The position numbers were made by a program, and so were the translations under genes. Positions 18,736 to 26,840 of a DNA stretch of 64,000 bases are shown here, in pieces. Below the pieces are notes generated by a model. The model was not told where the DNA came from and did not search any database. It was given only the letters and a program-made list of their open reading frames with translations. Source of the DNA: Terriglobia bacterium (GTDB lineage Bacteria > Acidobacteriota > Terriglobia > Terriglobales > Acidobacteriaceae); contig CAVXVR010000004.1 of the NCBI GenBank assembly GCA_963765285.1, positions 84,253 to 148,252 of the forward strand. Direction: 5' to 3'. Position 1 is the stretch's first letter. Every line of letters starts with the position of its first letter.

Positions 18736-19239
18736 TCATGCGGGGACCTTTTCCAGATGCTTGCCGACGAGCGAGGCACAATACTCCACCAGTTCCTGGT
18801 CCTCTTCGCTGAAGGCCGCCGGGAAAAAACTGTCAATATCCAATTCACCAGCCACTTTGCCACGCCGAAACACCGGCACCACAATTTCAGATTTGGTCTC
18901 AACCGAGCAGGCCAGATAGCGGGGATCTTTGCTCACGTCATCTACTACGACAGTCTTGCCGGTGGAAGCCGCGGCGCCACAAATCCCCTGATGCAGAGGA
19001 ATCCGAGTGTGCGGCGTCATCGCTCCCTGGAATGGCCCCAACACGAGCATCGGAGGCTCTGCCGGGACCGATTTTTCCAGCATATAAAAACCCACCCAGT
19101 TGTACTTCGGCATGCGATCGTGCAGTAGCTTGACCACTTCCCACATGAAGTCTTCCGCCGAACCGGATTGCGCAGCCACCCGGTCGAGTTCTTTTACGAT
19201 TTCTTCTATCTTGGACGGAGTGGACATAGAACAGCTCAA
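18736..19239 (-). CDS. GAF-domain protein (free Met-R-sulfoxide reductase-like)
   Basis: NWVGFYML ... GPFQG ... IPLHQGICGAAASTGKTVVVDDV ... SEIVVPV. Confidence 0.75.
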   Translation of the reverse strand: MSCSMSTPSKIEEIVKELDRVAAQSGSAEDFMWEVVKLLHDRMPKYNWVGFYMLEKSVPAEPPMLVLGPFQGAMTPHTRIPLHQGICGAAASTGKTVVVDDVSKDPRYLACSVETKSEIVVPVFRRGKVAGELDIDSFFPAAFSEEDQELVEYCASLVGKHLEKVPA

Positions 19240-20102
19240 GTTTTCCCGGAACCTGGTTCAGGCCCCGGCTCTTTTACCTCGGCGATACATCTTAGCCCGG
19301 AGACTTGTGGAAAACGTTCTGGATGAACCGCCGCAGCCAACGCCCGCAGACCTCGGACCAAAGTGGGGGCAGGCGTGTTGAGAAACTCGTCACGAATGCA
19401 GTAGACCCGTCCCTGCAGTACGGCGCGCATTCCCGCCCAACCGCGATCGCGCGCGATCTTTTCCAGAGGAACCCGGTCGCCCGCCCCGCACCAGGCAGCG
19501 ATTACCACATCAGGATCTTCACATAACACCACTTGCGCAGTTGGCTTCGCGCCCGGCTTGCCCACGAATTGGCCGCCGGCGGCCTCGACCAATTCCGCCA
19601 CCCACTTCTGCGACGAAATGATCGGCTTGCCCCACTCTTCGCAAAACACGCGGGGGCGGCTGGCGCCGTTATTCTGCGCACGGACCGACTCGATCTCCTG
19701 CTGCATGTCTGCGATCACTTGCTGGCCGCGCTCAGCCGCGCCCATGAGGCCTGCGATGGCCGCGATGTCTGCATAGATATCAGCCAGGCTCTTCGGCGCC
19801 AGCCCAAGAAAGCGGGCGCCCGACTTCATAATCTCAGCCACCGCCTTCTCCTGATAAGGAACGGCCGCGATAACCAGGTCAGGCCTCGCCGCCAGAATCT
19901 CTTCGCTCTTGGCGGTCCAGGAATCGGCCACAATGCTCGTGTAGGGGCGGGTCTCAGACCCGCCCGTCCCCATGAGCTCCAGCAGTTCTGCACAATATTT
20001 AGTGCAGGCAACCACCCGGTCCAACTTGCCAATCGCCGCCAGAATGACGGTGGCGCTAGGCTGAAGGCAAACAACCCGCCGCGGAGTGTAGTCGCTGGGC
20101 AT
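19236..20102 (-). CDS. class-III (BtuF/helical-backbone) periplasmic-binding-fold protein, no obvious signal peptide
   Basis: RVVCLQPSATVILAAIGKLDRVVA, PDLVIA, PDVVIAAWCG. Carries an in-frame palindromic element at 19945-19965. Confidence 0.7.
   Translation of the reverse strand: MPSDYTPRRVVCLQPSATVILAAIGKLDRVVACTKYCAELLELMGTGGSETRPYTSIVADSWTAKSEEILAARPDLVIAAVPYQEKAVAEIMKSGARFLGLAPKSLADIYADIAAIAGLMGAAERGQQVIADMQQEIESVRAQNNGASRPRVFCEEWGKPIISSQKWVAELVEAAGGQFVGKPGAKPTAQVVLCEDPDVVIAAWCGAGDRVPLEKIARDRGWAGMRAVLQGRVYCIRDEFLNTPAPTLVRGLRALAAAVHPERFPQVSGLRCIAEVKEPGPEPGSGKT
19940..19969. repeat. palindromic GGGCGGGTCT-C-AGACCCGCCC element inside the binding-protein CDS
   Basis: TGTAGGGGCGGGTCTCAGACCCGCCCGTCC with a 10-bp perfect stem at 19945-19965, translated in frame as GTGGSETRPYT. 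Confidence 0.75.
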
Positions 20103-20126
20103 GGGCTTGATCTTAACCGACGCTCC

Positions 20127-20156
20127 TGTAGCGCGGGTCTACAGACCCGCCCGGAC
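20127..20156. repeat. second copy of the GCGGGTCT..AGACCCGC palindromic element, just upstream of the same gene
   Basis: TGTAGCGCGGGTCTACAGACCCGCCCGGAC with a 7-bp stem at 20133-20150, about 26 of 30 positions shared with 19940-19969. Confidence 0.7.
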
Positions 20157-20385
20157 AGGGCCTGAGGCGCGCCCCGACACAAACCTGTCAAGCCCCCGAA
20201 ATCTCGGATTTCCCCTCAACCTGCTGATGCAGAAGGAAATATTTCGTCTCCCGCCATGTCCCATTTACCCCTCGGGACTTGTTATTCTGAATATATGGGG
20301 TGAATCTCTCAAGCTGGGGATTAACCCTTCCAAGGTCCGGCTCTAACCTGATCTAACTCACTTACAAAGCAAATTTGGAGGAATC

Positions 20386-20574
20386 ATGCAGCGGTTCTGT
20401 GTGCGCTGCCGTCAGGAGATCCCTGCCCAGCGCGTTGTACGGGGCGCGTGCTTCTGCTCGAACGAGTGCCGGCATTCAGATCGAATCGAGCGCCGCCAGG
20501 CGCTAGCTGGCCGTCGGTGCCGATTATGTGGGCGACCGTTTTCTAGACCTCGGAATCGGCAGGATGGCACTTAG
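20386..20574 (+). CDS. small Cys-rich (double CxxC zinc-ribbon-like) hypothetical protein
   Basis: MQRFCVRCRQEI...CFCSNEC...CRLCGRPF. GGAGGA SD 4 nt upstream of the ATG. Confidence 0.4.
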   Translation: MQRFCVRCRQEIPAQRVVRGACFCSNECRHSDRIERRQALAGRRCRLCGRPFSRPRNRQDGT

Positions 20575-20676
20575 GTTCGTCCCAATCGAGGAAGGTCTTG
20601 TGCGCCGAGCGCACACGCAAAGGCGGGGCATCGTGGGCGACGGGCTGCCAAGCCAGAATATCGTTACAATTTCAAA

Positions 20677-21036
20677 ATGTACTCTCCCCAAGTTCTCGAC
20701 CACTTCGAGCATCCGCGTAACGCGGGCGACCTCAGCAATCCGGATGCAATGGTGCAGATCGAGAACCCAGCCTGTGGGGACGTTCTTCAGCTTACACTTC
20801 GCGTGGCCGATGGCTGCATCGCTGAAATCCGCTTTCTTGCGAAGGGATGCGTTCCGGCGATGGCCTGTGGCTCTTTGCTCACCGAACTGGTCCTGGGCAA
20901 AACTTTCGAGGAAGCCCGCGCGTTACGCCGGGAAGAGTTGATCCAGGAAATCGGAGGACTGCCGCAAGCCTCCAGCCACGCAAGCCATCTTGCCATGGAT
21001 GCCCTGGCGGCCGCGCTTGCTAATCTACCGCAGTGA
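20677..21036 (+). CDS. iscU: Fe-S cluster assembly scaffold, IscU/NifU N-terminal type
   Basis: LDHFEHPRNAG, NPACGD, AKGCVPAMA and the conserved late His/Cys region. Confidence 0.85.
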   Translation: MYSPQVLDHFEHPRNAGDLSNPDAMVQIENPACGDVLQLTLRVADGCIAEIRFLAKGCVPAMACGSLLTELVLGKTFEEARALRREELIQEIGGLPQASSHASHLAMDALAAALANLPQ

Positions 21037-21118
21037 GAAAGTACGGGTGCCTCCGTTGCGACCGCAGCGGGGCCTGCAAATTTACCGATTTGCGATTCAG
21101 TGGTTTATCATCAAGTAG

Positions 21119-22246
21119 ATGGGCTCGCACTCTTTTCAAACCGACGACCCGCGGCTGCAGCCGATCCACGCCAAAGTCCAGGCCGGCACACGCCTCGATG
21201 AGCAAGACGCCCTAGCCCTCTACCGCAGCGGCGACATTCTCGCCGTCGGCTGGCTGGCCAACAGCGTTCGCGAGCGCATGCACGGTGACAGGGCGTACTT
21301 CAACGTCAATCGCCACATCAATCCCACGAATGTATGTGTCGCCGCCTGCCGTCTGTGCGCCTTCGGCCGCAAGAAAGACGCGCCCGGCGCTTACACCATG
21401 GCTCTCGAAGAAGCTTTCCAGACGGCCGCTACCGGTTACACCGAAGCCGTCACCGAATTTCATATCGTCGGAGGCCTGCACCCCGATCTGCCATTTCAAT
21501 ATTTTCTGGATCTTTGCTCCGGCCTGAAGGAACGTTTTCCGCAAGTGCACCTCAAAGCCTTCACCATGGTTGAAGTGGCCTATCTCTCAAAGCGGGCGAA
21601 GCTCTCCATCCAGGAAACTCTCGAGCAACTAAAAGCCGCGGGCGTCGACTCGCTGCCCGGCGGCGGCGCTGAGATTTTCTCCGACCGCATCCGCCACATC
21701 ATCTGCGACCACAAGATTGATGGCGATCAGTGGCTCGACACCGCCAGACTGGCCCACCAGATCGGACTCAAATCGAATGCGACCATGCTCTACGGCCACG
21801 TGGAAAACGATGAAGACCGCGTCGATCACCTGCTCAAGCTGCGCGCCCTGCAAGACGAAACCGGAGGCTTCCAGACCTTCATCCCGCTGGCTTTTCATCC
21901 GGAAAACACCGCGTTGCAGCATCTGCCCAAAACCACCGGCATGCTCGACATCAAACAAATCGCCGTCAGCCGCCTGGTGCTCGATAACTTCCCGCACATC
22001 AAGTCGTACTGGCAGATGATGACGCCGAAGATCGCGCAGATTTCACTGCGCTTCGGCGCCGACGATATCGATGGAACGGTGATCGAAGAAAAGATCTACC
22101 ACGATGCCGGAGCGACCACGCCGCAGGGCATGCGCCGCGAAGAACTCGTCCGCCTGATCAAAGAAGCCGGCCGCGAACCGATTGAACGGGACACGCTCTA
22201 CCGCCCCGTCACGCGCACGGAGACGTCAGTTACTGTTGCAGTTTAG
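21119..22246 (+). CDS. mqnE: radical-SAM aminofutalosine synthase (MqnE; MqnC not excluded)
   Basis: NINPTNVCVAACRLCAF (CxxxCxxC), FHIVGGLHP, GGGAEIF, HVENDEDRVDHL. Confidence 0.75.
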   Translation: MGSHSFQTDDPRLQPIHAKVQAGTRLDEQDALALYRSGDILAVGWLANSVRERMHGDRAYFNVNRHINPTNVCVAACRLCAFGRKKDAPGAYTMALEEAFQTAATGYTEAVTEFHIVGGLHPDLPFQYFLDLCSGLKERFPQVHLKAFTMVEVAYLSKRAKLSIQETLEQLKAAGVDSLPGGGAEIFSDRIRHIICDHKIDGDQWLDTARLAHQIGLKSNATMLYGHVENDEDRVDHLLKLRALQDETGGFQTFIPLAFHPENTALQHLPKTTGMLDIKQIAVSRLVLDNFPHIKSYWQMMTPKIAQISLRFGADDIDGTVIEEKIYHDAGATTPQGMRREELVRLIKEAGREPIERDTLYRPVTRTETSVTVAV

Positions 22247-22314
22247 AAGGAATGACGCCTCGCTGCCTGATACAACCCCCGCGAGAAACGCTCGCGCACA
22301 TCGGTTCGATTAGC

Positions 22315-22611
22315 TTAGCGACTCCTATACTTTGATATTCTCTGGGCGCCATTGGCTCTGGAGCTCATCATCGCGTGCCTCAACAAAAGATTCGCCCTCG
22401 TCTGGTACCCCCTGCCAAACGTTTTCAGCCAGTTCAAAACATCCACGTCTAGCCGTATCGTCACCGGCCTCTTCGGAGGACGGTAGAACTTCCCGATCTC
22501 AGCCCGGCTCCAGTCGACCACAGCGGGCATGTCCGAGAAATCAATGTCCTCGTCCTTTTTTGTCGCGATAGCGGCGATGTCTCTTTTTTGCTCCTTGGTT
22601 AGCTTCCTCAT
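22315..22611 (-). CDS. brnA: BrnA-family antitoxin (ribbon-helix-helix)
   Basis: DIDFSDMPAV..., KRPVTIRLDVDVLNWLKTFGRGYQTRANLLLRHAM matches the BrnA pattern IDFSDIP...IRLD.DVL.W.K..G.GYQTR.N..LR. ATG 22611 or 22626. Confidence 0.6.
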   Translation of the reverse strand: MRKLTKEQKRDIAAIATKKDEDIDFSDMPAVVDWSRAEIGKFYRPPKRPVTIRLDVDVLNWLKTFGRGYQTRANLLLRHAMMSSRANGAQRISKYRSR

Positions 22612-22722
22612 ATGCGTTCCTTTCATGCGCTTGGGCGGAACGTGCGGAAAAGCCGTCTCAAAACGTACTTCGTGCTTGAGCAGATTTCGGCGGTTTTTGT
22701 GTTCGTCCCACTCGAAATGCAT
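22612..22722 (-). pseudogene. brnT: BrnT-toxin remnant (first ~24 codons only), in frame with brnA
   Basis: MHFEWDEHKNRRNLLKHEVRFETA is the BrnT N-terminus (M.FEWD..K...N..KHG.SFEEA). Homology then stops, where about 65 further residues would be expected. Confidence 0.5.
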
Positions 22723-22972
22723 GGGCTGACTCAGTACGAAAGCAGAATAATCTGAGAATTCGCATATGTCAATACATATGTACGTACATAAGAAACGCAC
22801 GATCCGTTTTTCTGAGCGGTCCCTGTTCCATATCAGCTGTGCTCGCCTTGTCCAGTTCGGGAAGCATGCCGTCCCATCCCCCAAAATCCCCCTTGCCTCG
22901 TTGCCTCCGGGTGTAGAATCAACTTGTAGCAGAAAGCTTCACGGGACCCGCCACCCGTTTCCGAGGCCGCAG

Positions 22973-24016
22973 ATGAACGTCCACATCAGCTACAAGCTGC
23001 ATCGCACACCTCAACTGGAAAAAAACCTCAACCATCTGATTGACAAGCTGCGCAAACGGCTGCAGGTGTTTCGCCCTGAGCTGGTGCATTTGAAAGGAGC
23101 GATCGAGCAAAACTCTCCGCGGGAAGGAACCACCGTTTCTCTGAACCTGCGCCTTCCCTCCGGCCAGCTGGCGGCCCAGAAATCGGCAACCGCCCCCGAA
23201 GCCGCTATCAAAAGCGCCTTCGATGATCTCTTGCAGCAGGTTACTCGCCACAAAGACCTCCTGCGCAGTTCGCATAAATGGCAGCGCCGGCGCACCCAGA
23301 ACGGCCGTCTTCAAAGCCAGGTTCCGTTTGAACAGACCATCGCGGCCGTCCAGACACCCACCGTTTCGCCCGAAGACGTCCGACTTTACGTCAATGCAAA
23401 CCTTTCGCGTCTCGAGCGCTTTGTAGAACGCGAACTGGTGTTTCGAGAAGCCGCGGAACAGATTCTGCCCGACGCTGTTTCCAAAGATGAAGTCATCGAT
23501 GAGGCTGTCGCCCGTGCCTTGGGCGATGACATCGAGAAACCGGAACGCCTTTCACTCGAGCCCTGGCTCTACCGGCTCGCCATCCACGCCATCACGGATC
23601 TGGCTGCGCGCAGCCGCGACATAGTGCCGTCGGTCCACCTGGGAGATTCTGCCCGTACTCCTAATGTCCGTGCCAGCGACGAACCCGGCCTGCAGTTTCA
23701 CCAGCCCGACGAGACCTTGACCGAAGAAAACGTCATCGCCGATCGCCGTTTGTCGACGCCGGAAGACATCGCCTATTCCGACGAAATGATCGCCCTGGTG
23801 CAACTGGCTCTTCACGGCGCCAAGCGTACCGACCGCGAAGCTTTTGTGTTGAACATCATGGAAGGATTTTCTGCCGAGGAGACCGCCGTGATCACCGATC
23901 GCCGGCCCGAAGAAGTGCGCCTGTCGGTCGCGGCCGTGCGCGAACATCTGCGGCGTTCACCTCCTCTGGCTGACCGCTTCAAGAACACAATGTTTCACAA
24001 CGCCGCTGCGGACTAA
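22973..24016 (+). CDS. fusion protein: N-terminal HPF/RaiA (S30AE) ribosome-binding domain + C-terminal ECF-type sigma-70 regions 2 and 4
   Basis: Residues 1-105 (MNVHISYKLHRTPQLEKNLNHLIDKLRKRL...APEAAIKSAFDDLLQQVTRHKD) are HPF-like. LEPWLYRLAIHAITDLAAR is region 2-like and REAFVLNIMEGFSAEETAVITDRRPEEVRLSVAAVREHLRR is region 4-like. Start trimmed from 22766 to ATG 22973. Confidence 0.7.
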   Translation: MNVHISYKLHRTPQLEKNLNHLIDKLRKRLQVFRPELVHLKGAIEQNSPREGTTVSLNLRLPSGQLAAQKSATAPEAAIKSAFDDLLQQVTRHKDLLRSSHKWQRRRTQNGRLQSQVPFEQTIAAVQTPTVSPEDVRLYVNANLSRLERFVERELVFREAAEQILPDAVSKDEVIDEAVARALGDDIEKPERLSLEPWLYRLAIHAITDLAARSRDIVPSVHLGDSARTPNVRASDEPGLQFHQPDETLTEENVIADRRLSTPEDIAYSDEMIALVQLALHGAKRTDREAFVLNIMEGFSAEETAVITDRRPEEVRLSVAAVREHLRRSPPLADRFKNTMFHNAAAD

Positions 24017-24034
24017 CCTCAGGAGGAACCTGGG

Positions 24035-25210
24035 ATGATTACTCGCGAACAACTTCGTGAGCTGGCTCAATTCCAATCGGAGGGCGCGGAGTGCGCCCTG
24101 AGTTTTTACTACCAGCCGCAGACGCCGCGCGACCGGTCGCACCGTGAAGAATCAATCCTGGCCAAAGACCTGGTGCGCTCGGCCTTGCGTGCAGCAGAAA
24201 AGAACGGGAAAGATGGACGCCTGCATGCCGACTTGAACCGGATGCTCGAGCTGGTCGGCGAGTTCCGCGACACTCGCGCACATGCCAAGGCCATATTCGC
24301 ATGCGGCGACCACAACATTTGGCTGGAATTCGACTTGCCCCGGCAACTTCCCGGTACTCAGCTCTTCGTGAACCGGCGGTTCCACCTCAAGCCCCTGGCC
24401 CTTTTGCTGGGCGCGCAGACCCGCTTGTGGCTGGCGTTGGTCGATCGCCACCGGGCGCGCTTCTTCGATGTGCGCCTCGATGAACTCAAGGAACACGAAG
24501 CACTTTTCCACCCGCTGCCTCATCGTGGCCGGGGCGATGGCTATGCGGGCTACGACGCGGGCCACTCCGAACGCAGTGTGCGCGATGAAGTTTTGCATCA
24601 CTTCAAAAACGTTGCCGCTCACTTGCAGGAGATGCTGGAGAAGAAAGTTTTCGATAACCTGATCATCGGATGCCAGGACACCAACTGGCCCGAATTCGAA
24701 TCTCACCTGCATCCCTACGTACGAAAGCGCCTGCTCGGGCATTTCTCAGCCGAGCTCGGAACCATCACCGAGGAGCAAATCCGCGAACAGGCAAGCCGCA
24801 TTCAGCGCGAAGCGCTCGATCGGCGGCGACAGAGCCTGGTGCGCGAAGCGCTCTCGCTGGCGAAGAGCAATGGCCGGGGCGTCACCGGATTGCGCCGCGT
24901 CCTCCGTTCCCTGGAACTGGGCGAAGTGCAAACCTTGCTTCTTGGCGACAAGTATCGCGCCCAAGCGGTTCAATGCACGAATTGTGGTCATCTCGACGCC
25001 CACATGGTCCACTTCTGCCCGGTCTGTGGCCGCAGCACGCAGGAATTGGAGGATGTGAGTGATGCCATCATTCCCTCAGCCATCCTGCGCGATATCGAAT
25101 TGCTTTACGTGAAAGACGATCCCGACTTTGACATGGCCGGCAACATCGCCGCTCTGCTTCGTTTCCGCGCCGACCAAAGCTCCGGCAGCCGCATCGCGGC
25201 CGCGTCGTAG
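24035..25210 (+). CDS. bacterial eRF1/Pelota-like protein (baeRF-type) with Zn-ribbon insert and no GGQ
   Basis: M-domain-like LWLALVDRHRARFF...PHRGRGDGYAGYD...VLHHFKNVA...LIIGCQ. C-domain-like GRGVTGLRRVLRSLELGEVQTLLL. CTNCGH...FCPVCG. AGGAGG SD; 18 nt after the upstream gene. Confidence 0.65.
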   Translation: MITREQLRELAQFQSEGAECALSFYYQPQTPRDRSHREESILAKDLVRSALRAAEKNGKDGRLHADLNRMLELVGEFRDTRAHAKAIFACGDHNIWLEFDLPRQLPGTQLFVNRRFHLKPLALLLGAQTRLWLALVDRHRARFFDVRLDELKEHEALFHPLPHRGRGDGYAGYDAGHSERSVRDEVLHHFKNVAAHLQEMLEKKVFDNLIIGCQDTNWPEFESHLHPYVRKRLLGHFSAELGTITEEQIREQASRIQREALDRRRQSLVREALSLAKSNGRGVTGLRRVLRSLELGEVQTLLLGDKYRAQAVQCTNCGHLDAHMVHFCPVCGRSTQELEDVSDAIIPSAILRDIELLYVKDDPDFDMAGNIAALLRFRADQSSGSRIAAAS

Positions 25211-25220
25211 TCACATCCTC

Positions 25221-25312
25221 GTCATCCCGAAGCCCCGCGTTTTCTCCAGCGGGGCGAGAGCCTGCCCTGAGCGAACCCCGAGTCGAACGAGGGGAAGTCG
25301 AACGGGGATCTT
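25221..25312 (+). repeat. composite repeat: GTCATCC hairpin unit fused to the GAGCCTGCCCTG...GAAGTCGAACGG unit
   Basis: 25221-25260 is near-identical to 9610-9650. 25258-25312 parallels 4028-4089. Confidence 0.8.
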
Positions 25313-25391
25313 GCGTGGAGCGCTACTACCGTCTATCCCCCGTGATATCCTTTCCCGTTTTCCGGACACCATTCTTGCCACGGAGGCCTCC

Positions 25392-26627
25392 ATGACCATC
25401 TCGCGCCGCGATTTTCTTACCTCAGCCGTGGTGGGTTCGCTTTCCGTAGGATTAGCCGGTCAGGAATCAAAGCCCGCCCCGCAAAAAAGCGCGTCGCCAA
25501 GTCCTTCCGGCCGCCGTCCGATCATCATTTGTGCGCACAACGGCTTCAATTACCTGGACGATGCTTATGCCTTCCTCAAGAACGGTGGCGACACGCTCGA
25601 TGCAGCTCTTCGCGTAGTCAAAGGGCCCGAGGACGATCCCAAAGATGACACCGTTGGCCTCGGCGGCCTGCCCAACGAAGAAGGCGTGGTCGAACTCGAT
25701 GCCTGCTGCATGCACGGTCCGACCCGCCGCGCCGGCTCCGTTGGGGGCGTCCGCAACATCAAGAATGTTTCCCTGGTTTCGAAAGCCGTGATGGAACACA
25801 CCGGCCACGTGATGCTGGTCGGCGAGGGCGCCGAACGTTTTGCCGTAGCCATGGGTTTCCCCCGCGAAAATCTGCTGACAGAAAACTCACGCAAGATCTG
25901 GCTGCTGTGCAAGGAATTCCATGCCACGGAAAGTTGGTGGGGACCGGGGCCGTCCGATCCGCATTGGCGGCCTCCAGCCACGGCGCCGCAGTCTGAGTTA
26001 TGGGAAGAACGTTTTCGCCGCCTATACGAAATGGCCAGGGATATCGGCATTGAACCGGAATCCCGCTGGGCCGCGATCCGCCGCGTAGTGTTTCCGCCCA
26101 CGGGCACGATTCATTGTTCCGCGCTCAACGACAAGGGAGAAATTTCCGGCTGCACTACCACCAGCGGGCTGGCTTTCAAATTACCCGGACGCCTGGGCGA
26201 CTCCCCCATCATCGGTGCGGGCTGCTACACCGATCAGGATGTGGGTTCCGCCGGCGCGACCGGCAGCGGGGAGGAGAACATCAAGGTCGCAGGTGCGCAT
26301 ACCATCGTCGAAAACATGCGCCGTGGCATGACTCCCCAACAGGCCGGGCTCGACGCGCTTCAGCGTATTGCCCGCAACTACAACAATGACGCGACCAAGC
26401 TCCACTTTTTCGACATGACGTATTACGTCCTGCGCAATGACGGAGCCTATGCCGGTGTGTCGCTCTGGGAGGGTTACGCACCCGGTAAGCCGCATCAGAT
26501 CGCGATCCACGACGGCACCAGGAGGTCCGAAACTACGACAGCGCTATTCAAAGGATGGTCGCAGGAATATCCACCCTTCCCGCCCATCCCCGAAGACTTG
26601 AAGAAGAACTCAGAATACTTGGGATAA
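25392..26627 (+). CDS. Tat-exported Ntn-hydrolase, asparaginase-2 family (isoaspartyl peptidase / glycosylasparaginase-like)
   Basis: MTISRRDFLTSAVVGS (twin-Arg signal), GTIHCSALN (autoprocessing Thr context), GDSPIIGAGCYTD and GATGSGEENIK. Start trimmed from 25128 to ATG 25392 (GGAGG SD). Confidence 0.85.
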   Translation: MTISRRDFLTSAVVGSLSVGLAGQESKPAPQKSASPSPSGRRPIIICAHNGFNYLDDAYAFLKNGGDTLDAALRVVKGPEDDPKDDTVGLGGLPNEEGVVELDACCMHGPTRRAGSVGGVRNIKNVSLVSKAVMEHTGHVMLVGEGAERFAVAMGFPRENLLTENSRKIWLLCKEFHATESWWGPGPSDPHWRPPATAPQSELWEERFRRLYEMARDIGIEPESRWAAIRRVVFPPTGTIHCSALNDKGEISGCTTTSGLAFKLPGRLGDSPIIGAGCYTDQDVGSAGATGSGEENIKVAGAHTIVENMRRGMTPQQAGLDALQRIARNYNNDATKLHFFDMTYYVLRNDGAYAGVSLWEGYAPGKPHQIAIHDGTRRSETTTALFKGWSQEYPPFPPIPEDLKKNSEYLG

Positions 26628-26840
26628 GGGCAAGGCCCACGTAGCTTTAGACGCCCCGTCCGGGGTGCGAGCTTTAGCTCGCCGTCGGAGTCAGCCGAGA
26701 AAGGCGTAAGAATGTAGCCCACAGCCTCCCCTGAGCCTGTCGAAGGGGCGTAAGCCGTGGGTAAGGCGGGAAACAACCCCAGTCCCCGAAGGGGGCGAAA
26801 GTGCAATTGCGATCCAGACTACGCGCTCCGACGCCAGCCC

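Noticed and set aside
20103-20250. Looked for a cobalamin riboswitch upstream of the BtuF-like binding-protein gene (minus strand)
   Set aside because: No B12-box-like sequence was found. The region is instead occupied by the GCGGGTCT..AGACCCGC palindromic repeat.
26628-26840. GC-rich 210-nt spacer with short internal direct repeats (AGCTTTAG x2, GGCGTAAG x2, palindrome CCCCGTCCGGGG). It generates ORFs 26495-26806 and 26674-26958.
   Set aside because: It is probably another intergenic repeat type; the peptide …PTAYAPSTGSGEAVGYILTPF… resembles repeat-derived hypothetical proteins I recall. I found no second copy in this window, so I did not call it as a feature.
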